A stretch of DNA of 64,000 nt from Alphaproteobacteria bacterium (GTDB lineage Bacteria; Pseudomonadota; Alphaproteobacteria; UBA828), in contig CAXXMU010000005.1 of NCBI GenBank assembly GCA_963667785.2, forward strand, positions 352,001-416,000. The letters run 5' to 3'. The translations under genes were made by a program, and so were the position numbers. Below, in pieces: positions 8,930-17,659 of this stretch. The first letter of the stretch is position 1, and the number at the start of each line of letters is the position of its first letter. The notes below the pieces were generated by a model. That model saw nothing but the letters and a program-made list of their open reading frames with translations, did no database searches and had not been told where the DNA came from.

Positions 8930-11209
8930 TCAGTGATGAGGGGGCTCGGGGGCGCCGTTCCACGATTTCCACAGCGCAACCCGGTTCAGCGTGTCGTCGC
9001 TCGGGACAATGATCTTGCTCTTGTTAGCGAGGGAGGATTCCAGCTTCTCGCGCCACAGCATGGTCTCGAGCACCTCGGGCGCGGTCCCGACGGCTTCGGC
9101 GATCACGCGGATAGCGTCGCTCTCCGCCGCCGAGATGACCGTTCTGCGGGTGGCGTCGCCCTTGGCCTGTTCGAGCTCGTACGCCGCGTTGCCGTGCGCC
9201 CTGGGTATCAGCGAAACCAGGAACCGCTGCGCGTTGACGATGATGCGCTCCCTGTCCTCCTGCGAGCTCGATACCTCGCGGAAGGCGTTCATGGCGGCAT
9301 CGATCGGTGCAACCGAGAGCAGGCTAACTTTGACGATGTCGACGGCGTCGAGCACCTCGCTGTCGCCCTCGGGGATGCGGCCCCGGAATACGTCCTCGAT
9401 GCGATCCTGCAGCGCCACGCGCTCCACGTTGAGCAGGTCGTCCAAGGTCCGAGCGGAGACGAATTTGCGCAGCTCGCGGCGTATGTTGTCGCCGATCGCC
9501 TGCTGCGGGCTGTCGACGCGATAGTGATAGGTGTAGGGGTCGCTGACGCGGTACTGCATGCTCACCGAGAGCGACATCAGGTTGAGATCGCCGGTGAGGT
9601 ACTCCTGCGTCTCACCGCTGGCGATGGACTTGACCTCGCGCACGGGCCACTTGTCGGCCCTGGCAAACGGTGCGGGCGGCAGATAGTGCAGACCGGGTTG
9701 CAGATCCTTCCACACCACCGCGCCGAACAGGCGTCCGTAGCCGACCTCGCCGGGGCGAACGACGGTCAGGCCGCTCAGCACGAATACGGCGATGGCGATC
9801 AGCCAGACGCCGATTCCGGCAGACCGGCGCGGGTCGATGGCGCCGATGAGTGGCGCATCACCCGTCATCCGGAGCCACCACCGCTTGGCGGGGGCGAACC
9901 AGGGGCCGACGTTGGAGACCAGGTCCTGGTATCCGCTCTTCAGCGCGCCCGCGCGGAAGCGCCAGACGATGAGCGCGGCAAGCCCCAGCGCAGATGCCCA
10001 CTGCACCACCATTATTGCCGGGGAGTCGGACGCATCCAGGTTCACGGCGAGGGACACCCCGAGGGAGAGCAGGGCCAGATCGATGATGATGCCCAGCACC
10101 ACCGTCACCGCGACCACCGAGCCCACGTAGATCGACGCGAAGCGCAGGCCGAATTGGCTGATGATGATCGCGATCGTGCCGGTGTTAGTGGCCGGGCCGG
10201 TCATCAGGAAGATGGCCGCCGCGCCCGGGCTGAACCCCTTGGCGATCAGGGCTGCGGCGATGGGCGTGCTGGCCGAGGCGCAGATGTAGAGCGGCACGCC
10301 GACCAAGACCATGATGGGATAGGAGATCCAACGGGCGTGCTCGTACTGCATCAGGTCGCTCGGGATGACCATGAAGAGCACACCGCCAAGCGCAAGGCCC
10401 ACCAGCAGGGCGAAGAGAATGTCGTCGGCGACCTCGACGAAGCCGTAGCGAAGGATGTGTTTGCAGACGGTGGTGAACGTGAGGTCACTCTGCTCTTGAT
10501 CCGCTTTTTCTTCTTCTTGGGGGGAGGGTGCGTCCCGAGACGGCGAGAGTATCTCGCGGTAGAACTCCGGCTTGATCCAGGTCATGGACCGGACGCGCCC
10601 GATACGTTCGACCGCACGGCGCAGCCAGGCGTCGAAGAACGCCCTGAATTCTCTCGGGCGGACGTAGCAGTCGTCCTCTCCCCAGCGGAGAGGCTTGTGA
10701 CCGTGGTCGTGATCGTGACCATGGGCGCAGCTGTCGTCGTGCTCGTGCTCGTGGTCGTGATCGGCAGCGGAGGGGGCCGTCCGGGCCTCGTCACGGCCGC
10801 GGATCAACCCGATGCAGAAGATGCCGGCGACAACGCCCGTAATGAAGCTCATGACCGGCCGCACGAGGGCCGGAATCGGGCCGAAGAACGCGTTGGTGAC
10901 GAGAATCGAGTCCGCGCCCGTCTCCGGCGCAGTAATCAGGAACGACATGCACGACGACCGCGAGGCTCCCTTGCGCCGCATCTCCGCCACGACCGGCACC
11001 ACGGAACAGCTGCAAAGCGGCATCGGCACGCCGATGGCAGCACTGGTACTGACGGATTTCAGGCTGTCGTGACGCAGCCACCTTTGGGTGGCCTGTCTTG
11101 AGATGAACACGTGGATCAGCCCGGCCAGGAACAGGCCGAGCAGGAGCATCGGCGACAGCAGCAGGAAGGACGACCAGAAGAAGTCCAGGAATCCGACGAT
11201 CTGTGTCAC
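8930..11209 (-). CDS. ArsP_1/SO_0444-type metal permease with His-rich loop, fused to C-terminal HflK-like SPFH domain
   Basis: GVPMPLCSCSVVP, FLITAPETGADS, PLYICASASTP and GPATN motifs; DHDHEHEHDDSCAHGHDHDHGH loop; C-terminal PGLHY..P, YLTGDLNL..QYRVSDP, AFREVSSSQED and PRAHG. Confidence 0.85.
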   Translation of the reverse strand: MTQIVGFLDFFWSSFLLLSPMLLLGLFLAGLIHVFISRQATQRWLRHDSLKSVSTSAAIGVPMPLCSCSVVPVVAEMRRKGASRSSCMSFLITAPETGADSILVTNAFFGPIPALVRPVMSFITGVVAGIFCIGLIRGRDEARTAPSAADHDHEHEHDDSCAHGHDHDHGHKPLRWGEDDCYVRPREFRAFFDAWLRRAVERIGRVRSMTWIKPEFYREILSPSRDAPSPQEEEKADQEQSDLTFTTVCKHILRYGFVEVADDILFALLVGLALGGVLFMVIPSDLMQYEHARWISYPIMVLVGVPLYICASASTPIAAALIAKGFSPGAAAIFLMTGPATNTGTIAIIISQFGLRFASIYVGSVVAVTVVLGIIIDLALLSLGVSLAVNLDASDSPAIMVVQWASALGLAALIVWRFRAGALKSGYQDLVSNVGPWFAPAKRWWLRMTGDAPLIGAIDPRRSAGIGVWLIAIAVFVLSGLTVVRPGEVGYGRLFGAVVWKDLQPGLHYLPPAPFARADKWPVREVKSIASGETQEYLTGDLNLMSLSVSMQYRVSDPYTYHYRVDSPQQAIGDNIRRELRKFVSARTLDDLLNVERVALQDRIEDVFRGRIPEGDSEVLDAVDIVKVSLLSVAPIDAAMNAFREVSSSQEDRERIIVNAQRFLVSLIPRAHGNAAYELEQAKGDATRRTVISAAESDAIRVIAEAVGTAPEVLETMLWREKLESSLANKSKIIVPSDDTLNRVALWKSWNGAPEPPHH

Positions 11210-11607
11210 GGCACTGGCTTGCTTGGCAGTGGAATGACGAGCCTGAATCGCGACGGGTTTGCGAACCGCGCCACGATCCTGCCTCGGCGGGCCGGGCCAT
11301 ACCGGGGGATGCGGGGCGATCTCGGCATGGTCATGGCGGTCCGGCCGCTCGCATGCCGGTCAGCACGCGGCCCCGTCTTCGGCCAAATCGGCGTCGCCGG
11401 GAACGTCTCGAAGTGGGTGCGTGGCAGGTCTTCATCGCCCATCCCGCACACTGTCTGGGAGCACCTTCGCCGTCGGGCAAAGGAACGTTCGCCTTGAACG
11501 ACAGTATCAAGCGCGAGAGAGTCTGCCCAAATTCTTTTCTTTGACACGATCCAACAAAAACTTATTCGCGACGGGGGTTGCCCACTGCTGAAATCTTCAA
11601 TCGAATA

Positions 11608-11631
11608 CTTGTTATCTTATATCGTTACATG
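11608..11631 (-). promoter_or_regulatory. Candidate Zur (Fur-family) box upstream of the permease-SPFH operon
   Basis: TGTTATCTTATATCG (11610-11624) resembles the Zur core TGTTATAnTATAACA; AT-rich island in GC-rich DNA ~400 bp upstream of the start. Confidence 0.5.
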
Positions 11632-11649
11632 TGCGCGCGACGACGCGAT

Positions 11650-12143
11650 CCGGGAGATTCTCGAGACGGTGCGGGCGACGGCGGCGCGCATAAACGCGCT
11701 CCAGGAGGCGTCAGGCCCAGAACACGAGATGGCAGAAGCGCTGGCTCGCGAGACGGCGGCGATGACGTAGGCCGCCGAGGATGTGCGCGGTGCGCTCGCC
11801 AAGGCGGCAGAGCTCGCCGGTAAGCAGGACGGACAGGCGACTGCCGGAGCACAGGCGCTGGCCAAGAGCGTCGCCGCGCTGAAGGCCCAGGGCGAGGCGC
11901 TCGACAAGCGCATCCGCGCGACGGGCACGCAGGCGCAGGCGAACGCCGGGCAGGCGGAGGCCGCCGCCTAGGGCATTGCCGAGATGAAGGAGGCAGCGGT
12001 GGCGCCCATGTCTGACAGATCTGGCCATAGGGTCTGCGTCGTTCGTTTTCTTCGTGCTGGGCGCCGTGCTGCAGCGGGAGACCGACGTCGTTTCCTTCGG
12101 CGACCCCCGCCACGAGTGGAGCGAGTATGTCGAGGAGCACTAC
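11650..12143 (+). pseudogene. Degraded coiled-coil/membrane-anchored protein relic, possibly plasmid- or mobile-element-derived
   Basis: Ala-rich helical frame REILETVRAT...AMT*AAEDVRG...EAAA*GIAEMK with TAG at 11768 and 11969, then a hydrophobic FVFFVLGAVLQRE fragment. Confidence 0.4.
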
Positions 12144-12878
12144 TGTTAGTCGATCAGCTTCGCTTTGAGAAAGGCAGCCACAAGATTGCGACGCTCACCA
12201 ACAATGGAGGTGGTCGCATTCGACTTGAGGCGGATCCGGAGGGCGCGCTCGCCCAACTGGACGGGCTAGGTGCGGGGGATTGGGAAGTCGCGACGCGGCT
12301 CGTGTTCAACAGTTGGCTCTCTTCTGCCGGTCCCGACGCGAGCATTTGAAGCTGGTAGCCGTGCGCCGCTAGCCAGCGTCAGAGCGGCCATGCGCATAGT
12401 CCAGAAGTCGTCGTCACGCGCAGTTCAATTTCGACCTGGAACTTCATCCCAATTTGGTTAGTTTCTCGAATCCAGCTTGAGCCCCCAATGGTTCGCGGAG
12501 TCGCTCTCGGTGAATCCGGTCCAGGACCGGCACCTTCTCGAGTGACGGAGCTGATGCTCTCAACACCAAGTGCTCAGGATGGTGCCTCTTGGCTCGCCAC
12601 CCACCGCCGAACTCCCATCCCCAAGCCGCGAGGCCTCCAGCCGCCCCGGGGGCTGGTCAGCAACGCGTATCGTGTCCAACAGTTGGATTGAGCGTTACGC
12701 TCATCTCGATCTTTCACGAACGCTTTCCGATTCAGACCGATAGCCGTGCGGCGAAGCCTTGAGCAGCTCGAACAGAAGGGTGGGCTCGAGATGGGAGCGA
12801 TCAACTGATCACACCTCGCCGCGCGGCAAAGGGCGCTTGAGAACGCCGATCTGGGGTAACAGTACGAAGAGCGAGACA

Positions 12879-13227
12879 ATGCCAAGACCACCGGAGGGGA
12901 TGTTGCCGACGAGCAGTAGTCCGTGGACGACGATGGCGGAGAAGCAGTGGAGACAGACGCGGCCGATCATGGTGAAGCGCTTGGAGGAGGTCGGACAACT
13001 GAGCCGGGCGCTGAGGATGGCGGTGGACGCGACATCGGAGCAGATGTTCGAGGTGACGGCGAGGGGCGTGGAGCCGACAGCGGCGAGGTAGGCCGCGATG
13101 AGCGAGAACCTTCTGCTCCCGGACGAGAGGGAGGTTCCGGATCTGCCGGCGGATCTCGTTCCCCTCGCGTACCAAGAAACAACTATTCCGTCGGTGAAGC
13201 AAACGATTTTGGAAGAGATCACTTGAC
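12879..13227 (+). pseudogene. Small mobile-element protein relic (TnpV-like/phage-like) with internal TAG
   Basis: MPRPPEG..AEKQWRQTRPIMVKRLEEVGQL..TAAR*AAMSENLLLPDE..; the frame continues past TAG 13089-13091. Confidence 0.35.
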
Positions 13228-13928
13228 CTAAAGAGGTGCAAAACGGAGACGAAGATTTTACCAACGATGTGTTGGCAGAATAATCCATCGATAGGTGAAG
13301 CCTATGAGCTCGCTGGCCGAGCTAACAGACGCGGCGTAGGAGATTAGGGGGTTTTCAGCGGATGGCACAAAAGACTTGGCTCTGACTGCTCCGCCCGAAC
13401 CCCCTACGCATGAGACCGGTGAAGGAACGCCCTTTGCCAATGGCCATCTCTCCCCGCCGATCAGGCTCCGACGGGGAGGTCAATCAATCCCTGCATGCGT
13501 TCACGAGGCGGAGGGTTAGAGATTTTCCTCACCACTCGCAGGACACCACACCACGCGCCCACGGCCTGATCGGCCAGCCCTTTTTGGACCCAATCCGTAC
13601 CGGATGCACAGAGGACTCCTAGAGGTCGGAGGACCCGTCGGATGGGACCCGTAGGCCCCCCTACCCCAGCGATTTCCTGTCTGCAGGGGCAGAGTGGTTT
13701 CTTCGATCCCATGTGTGTGCTTCAAGCAGCCCGAACGCACAGCCTTGGTGCCCACCACCCCACCATGCGCACGGTTGAGTGCGCACCCCAAGACTCGGAA
13801 ACTCGTTGCGGTAGGAGGTGCAGCGCTGGCCATTGAGCTCCGGCGTTGCCGGCGAACCACCCCCTGCCAGCCCCTATGCTAAGACGATCAGCGCTTGGCG
13901 GGATGGATGACGGGGAGGGAAAGATGTC

Positions 13929-14258
13929 ATGCGGCCGACGTCACGCGACGAGGCGGATTTCGACTGCGATGGCGCGGTACTGATGAAGAACGTTGTGCCG
14001 GCCAGATGGCTACGCGTGCTGGAGCAGGCGACCGAACGCGACATCGCGGAGTTGGGCGACGTGCTCGCTTTCCACGCGATGACCGTTCGCAGCGCCGGCG
14101 GCAACCTCACGACGGATGTGTGCAGGCACGGCTATGCGGTGCGCTGTTGCGGCGAGAGATGCACCGTCTTTGCCGGCCTTGGTCCGAACCGTGACCTGCG
14201 CAACCCGGCTCTCACCGACGGCGACACGCTCGATAGCGCGCAATACCCTGTTGTCTGA
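13929..14258 (+). pseudogene. Phytanoyl-CoA dioxygenase (PhyH) family relic with internal deletion
   Basis: N-terminal F..DGAVLMKNVV..W joins directly to C-terminal GDVLAFHAMTV..AGGN..R.GYAVR..G; the central HxD region is absent. Confidence 0.6.
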
Positions 14259-14677
14259 CCCTGACGCTGGCAGCGCGATCAGCGACTGTCGGCTGTGGAG
14301 AGAAAGCCCATGATCCAAAGGCTATCTCGTCTCCAGCTTGTTCATCCGGTTCGACGTCGAGGAGGTCATCCGGTTGGAGACGGACTTCGGAATCGCGGTG
14401 TTCGCGATCATCCTCTCGGTGGGCGTCGCCGACGCCATCCTACATCGACTCGACACAGGCTCGGGCTGGACTTCGTTCGACGCCGACGACAATGGGCGTT
14501 CAGGTAGCCTCGGTCGTGCTGGAGGTGGTGAAACCGAGAAGGGTTCCTTCTCGTTGGTTCGCAATCTGAGATGGACGGGATTGTCCCGAGCAGTTCCGGG
14601 GCGTATCGCGGAATCGCGTTGCGAATAGGGTTGTAAATAGGGAGCGTGGGGCGTCGTGGTCAGAAAATAACACTCTG

Positions 14678-14690
14678 AAACAATAACTTA
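14678..14690 (+). promoter_or_regulatory. Candidate IHF site next to the tRNA att junction
   Basis: AAACAATAACTTA vs consensus WATCAANNNNTTR (one mismatch), 11 bp from the tRNA 3' end. Confidence 0.35.
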
Positions 14691-14701
14691 TCTAATAAGT
14701 G

Positions 14702-14791
14702 TGGCGGAGGGGGTGGGATTCGAACCCACGGTACGCTCGCGCGTACAACGGTTTTCGAGACCGCCCCGTTCGACCACTCCGGCACCCCTCC
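14702..14791 (-). tRNA. tRNA-Ser(CGA)
   Basis: GGAGGGGTG...GCGGTCT-CGA-AAACCGT, long variable arm, GTTCGAATCC and 3' GCCA; 90 nt. Confidence 0.97.
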
Positions 14792-14821
14792 GCGGCCTGG
14801 CGCGCGTCGCGCGGCCCCTAT

Positions 14822-15694
14822 CTACGCCTGCGCGCCGCCCTCGGCAACCGCGGCTGCCGCGACGCTGCGCTCGTAGCCGGCGAAATCCTCTGTGCCGAGC
14901 ACGTGGCGTTCCATCCAGGCGGTGAACGCCTCGCGCGATCGCGCGATCGCGTCCCACGCCTCGTAGAACGTGTTGTCGCGGCGGTAGTAGCCGAGCGCAT
15001 AGGAGGGCCGGGCGCCGCCGGGCTCCTCGCAGACCGCGCTCACCACCCAATGCGGCAGGATGACGGCATTCGCCGGCGGCGCGAACTCGTCCACGATCTC
15101 CTCCACCGTGACGATCACCCGCCTGGACGCAAGCGCCACCTCCTTCTGCACGCCGGAGATGCCCCACAGCATCACGTTGCCCCTGGCATCCGCCTGCTGG
15201 GCGTGGAGCACCGCGACGTCGGGGCGGACGGCGGGCGAGGCCGCGAGTCGCTCGCCGGTGAAGGGGCATTCGATGAACTTGATGAGCGGGTTGTGCGCCG
15301 GCAGGTCGGAGCCGGCATAGCCCCGGATCACGCCGAAGGGGAGCCCGCTCGCGCCCGCGACATAGGCGTTGGCGAGGTCGGCATGGCTGCGCTCCTCGAT
15401 CTCCATGGGCCTGGGCCAGCCGTTCTCCACCGCGTCGCGGAAGCGGTGCAGCGAGCCCACCCCCGGATTGCCGCCCCAGGAGAAGACCAGGCGCCCGACG
15501 CAGCCCATGCCGATGAGCTGGTCGTAGATGAGGTCCGGCGTCATGCGCACCGCGGTGAGGTTGCGAAAGCCCGCGCGAATCACCGCGTGGCCCGCGGCAT
15601 GGGGGATCAGGTGGGTGAACCCCTCCATGGCGACGGTATCTCCCTCCTCGATGAGCGAGGACACCGCGTCGGCGAGCGGGACGATCTCGGCCAT
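14822..15694 (-). CDS. CoA-transferase subunit A (CatI/GctA type, 3-oxoadipate CoA-transferase-like)
   Basis: EGFTHLIPHAAGH, RMTPDLIYDQLIG, GNPGVGSLHR and HAQQAD..GN motifs. Confidence 0.85.
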   Translation of the reverse strand: MAEIVPLADAVSSLIEEGDTVAMEGFTHLIPHAAGHAVIRAGFRNLTAVRMTPDLIYDQLIGMGCVGRLVFSWGGNPGVGSLHRFRDAVENGWPRPMEIEERSHADLANAYVAGASGLPFGVIRGYAGSDLPAHNPLIKFIECPFTGERLAASPAVRPDVAVLHAQQADARGNVMLWGISGVQKEVALASRRVIVTVEEIVDEFAPPANAVILPHWVVSAVCEEPGGARPSYALGYYRRDNTFYEAWDAIARSREAFTAWMERHVLGTEDFAGYERSVAAAAVAEGGAQA

Positions 15695-15754
15695 GCGCCG
15701 GGCGCGCGGTGACGCGGGCGTTGCGCTGCGGGGGAGGAAGCGGGCGCCTGGCGG

Positions 15755-16747
15755 CTAGAAGCGCACCGGGACGACCGGCGCCTCGCCCTTGGCGATCATC
15801 TCCGGGATCGCCGGCGAGGCGTTCTCCCACACCAGCAGCATCGAGCGCTTGGGCGAGAAGCCCTGGTGGCGGATGTCAGCCGGCATGCAGGCGACATCGC
15901 CGGCGCGCATGGTCACCACCGCGCGCGGGTCGCCCGATTCCTTGTCCTTGACGTTCCAGACGATCTCGTCCGAGAGCTGGATGAACCACTCGACGCGGTC
16001 GTTGCCGTGCTCCACCGGCAGGATGAACTCCTCGGAGGTGGGGCAGAAGAGGCTGTCCTTGAGCACGGAGCAGACGGACGGGTTCCAGGTCACGTCCGAG
16101 CGCGAGAGGTAGGCGAAGAGGTTGAAGGACTGCACCTCGTCCTCGAAGCCGGGCTCGATCTCGACCTCCGGCTCGTCCTGGTCGACGTCGGCGAACATGC
16201 GGTTGACCGGGTAGCCGCTTTCGTCGGTGCGGAGCGGGGCGTCGCCCGGCAGGCCCACCATGCGCTTCGCCGTCACCCGCACGCGGCCGAGGGCCTCGGG
16301 ATTGCGGCCGCTCTTGCGACCGAAAGGCTGCGCCGTCTCCTGCGGCGCCGTGAACGGGTCGTAACCGGTGTTGGTCCAGTCGTCGAGCATCGCCTGGAAG
16401 GTCGCCCTCAGGTCGTCGGAATCGATCGTCTCCCGATAGTCGCGGCCGTTGTCGCGGTAGGCGTCGTTGTAGCGCCCGATATAGAGCTCGACCCGGCCGT
16501 AGAGGTTGGTGGTGCCGAACACGTCGTCGAAGTTCAGCGTGCCGTAGAAGAAGTTCCACGCCACCTCGCGCACCAGCGCCCGCAGAAAGGCGTCCACCGG
16601 CATGAGATGCGAGCCTTCGGGCCAGGTGACGTAGGCGAAATACTCGTCGCGGCGGAAGCCGAAACCGCCGATCTGGAAACTGCGGTAGCCCGTGTAGTTG
16701 TCGGGATCGGAGGCCGCGTAGGCTGCCTGTGCGGTCTGTGCGGACAT
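15755..16747 (-). CDS. Hydroquinone 1,2-dioxygenase large subunit (HapD/HqdB type)
   Basis: RRDEYF, AWNFFYG, LSRSDVTWNPSV, EEFILPVEHGNDRVEWF and PADIRHQG.S.KRSMLLVWEN. Confidence 0.85.
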   Translation of the reverse strand: MSAQTAQAAYAASDPDNYTGYRSFQIGGFGFRRDEYFAYVTWPEGSHLMPVDAFLRALVREVAWNFFYGTLNFDDVFGTTNLYGRVELYIGRYNDAYRDNGRDYRETIDSDDLRATFQAMLDDWTNTGYDPFTAPQETAQPFGRKSGRNPEALGRVRVTAKRMVGLPGDAPLRTDESGYPVNRMFADVDQDEPEVEIEPGFEDEVQSFNLFAYLSRSDVTWNPSVCSVLKDSLFCPTSEEFILPVEHGNDRVEWFIQLSDEIVWNVKDKESGDPRAVVTMRAGDVACMPADIRHQGFSPKRSMLLVWENASPAIPEMIAKGEAPVVPVRF

Positions 16748-16752
16748 CGCTC

Positions 16753-17250
16753 TCACTCCTCGCCGGTCTGGCAGATTTCGGCCCAGCGCTCCACGGTGAG
16801 CGGGCCGTTCATCGTCTGGAAGAGGACAACGCTCGGCGCCTCGGCCGAGATGCGATAGGCGGCGTTGGCCGGCAGCAGGGTGAGGTGCCCGCGCCCGGCA
16901 TGCACGCGTCCCATGCGCGGGCCGTCGGGGTCTCCCTCCAGCGCATGCGCGCCATCGCCCTCGGGCGCGTCGGCTGCGTGCTTCATCAGCTCGACCTCGA
17001 TCCGGCCATCGAGGCAGAGCGCGAACTCGTCGTGGGCCGCCATGAACCAGGGCGAGGCACCTTCCACGCGCATGATCTCGATCGCGTACTCCAGGTTCTT
17101 GGCCACGCAGACGCGCTCGAACGGCGCCGACGTGCCGGCGACCTCGAACACGTTGGAGAAGACATAGTTGCGCGGATCGTCGTTGATGATGTGCACGCCG
17201 CCCTTGCGGAAATCGCCGAGCGATCCGAGCTCCGTCGTGTAGTCGGCCAT
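16753..17250 (-). CDS. Hydroquinone 1,2-dioxygenase small subunit (HapC/HqdA type)
   Basis: KGGVHIINDDPRNYVFSNVFEVA, KNLEYAIE, HDEF and ERWAEIC; adjacent to the large subunit. Confidence 0.85.
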   Translation of the reverse strand: MADYTTELGSLGDFRKGGVHIINDDPRNYVFSNVFEVAGTSAPFERVCVAKNLEYAIEIMRVEGASPWFMAAHDEFALCLDGRIEVELMKHAADAPEGDGAHALEGDPDGPRMGRVHAGRGHLTLLPANAAYRISAEAPSVVLFQTMNGPLTVERWAEICQTGEE

Positions 17251-17399
17251 GGGCCCCGCCCCCTGCCGGTCGTTCGCGCTGCGGCGGCCACTCTACCCGA
17301 AACGCGCGCGTGGGCGGAGCCGTTTTCAGCATCGCCCGCTGCCCTCCGCTCCACCCCGGAGGGATAGGAAAAACCGCCTGGGCGGCGCATAATGCCGCC

Positions 17400-17609
17400 A
17401 TGTCATCGGCACGGGCGATCGAGCGGCGCATGGCGCGGGGCGGTCTACGACGCAGGCTCCTGATCGGGGCGGCGGCGCTCGGCACGGGCCTCATCGCCTG
17501 GCACGGGGATACCTGCTACGCGCTGGCGGCCGAGGCCTACCGGAGCCTCACCGACGCCTATCTCGTCATGTGGATCGAGCGCGCGGGCGGCGCGCTGGGC
17601 TGCTTCTAG
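17400..17609 (+). CDS. Small hypothetical single-TM protein
   Basis: Basic N-terminus plus hydrophobic stretch; fills the gap before hyi. Confidence 0.35.
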   Translation: MSSARAIERRMARGGLRRRLLIGAAALGTGLIAWHGDTCYALAAEAYRSLTDAYLVMWIERAGGALGCF

Positions 17610-17659
17610 CGCGTCCCGGCGGCGGGACGGGGAGCGGGCCGGCAGGGCGCCGGGGAACC

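Larger units (their letters stand above)
1..14700. mobile_element. Putative degenerate genomic island integrated at the 3' end of tRNA-Ser(CGA); left boundary outside the window
   Basis: Integrase relic, several pseudogenes and AT-richer intergenic DNA. It ends immediately at the tRNA 3' CCA (14702), with an IHF-like site beside it. The second att copy is not seen. Confidence 0.6.

Noticed and set aside
6451-11101. Long plus-strand ORFs (748 aa, 722 aa)
   Set aside because: Antisense shadows of the SPFH operon, typical of high-GC DNA, with no motifs.
11380-11560. Cobalamin riboswitch suggested by GAAGACCTGCC on the minus strand in the permease leader
   Set aside because: The other conserved elements (GGGAA..CCCCGCAACTGT, GCCACTG..GGGAAG) are not recognisable; an Rfam scan would settle it.
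12150-12870. Short ORFs in the island's right part
   Set aside because: No recognisable motifs or RBS; probably degraded DNA.
358-13091. Stop-codon reassignment/readthrough suggested by repeated in-frame TAG/TGA in island genes
   Set aside because: The interrupted positions imply different original residues, other decay is present (LGH to LDH, deletions), and TAG terminates many intact genes; ordinary pseudogenisation fits better.
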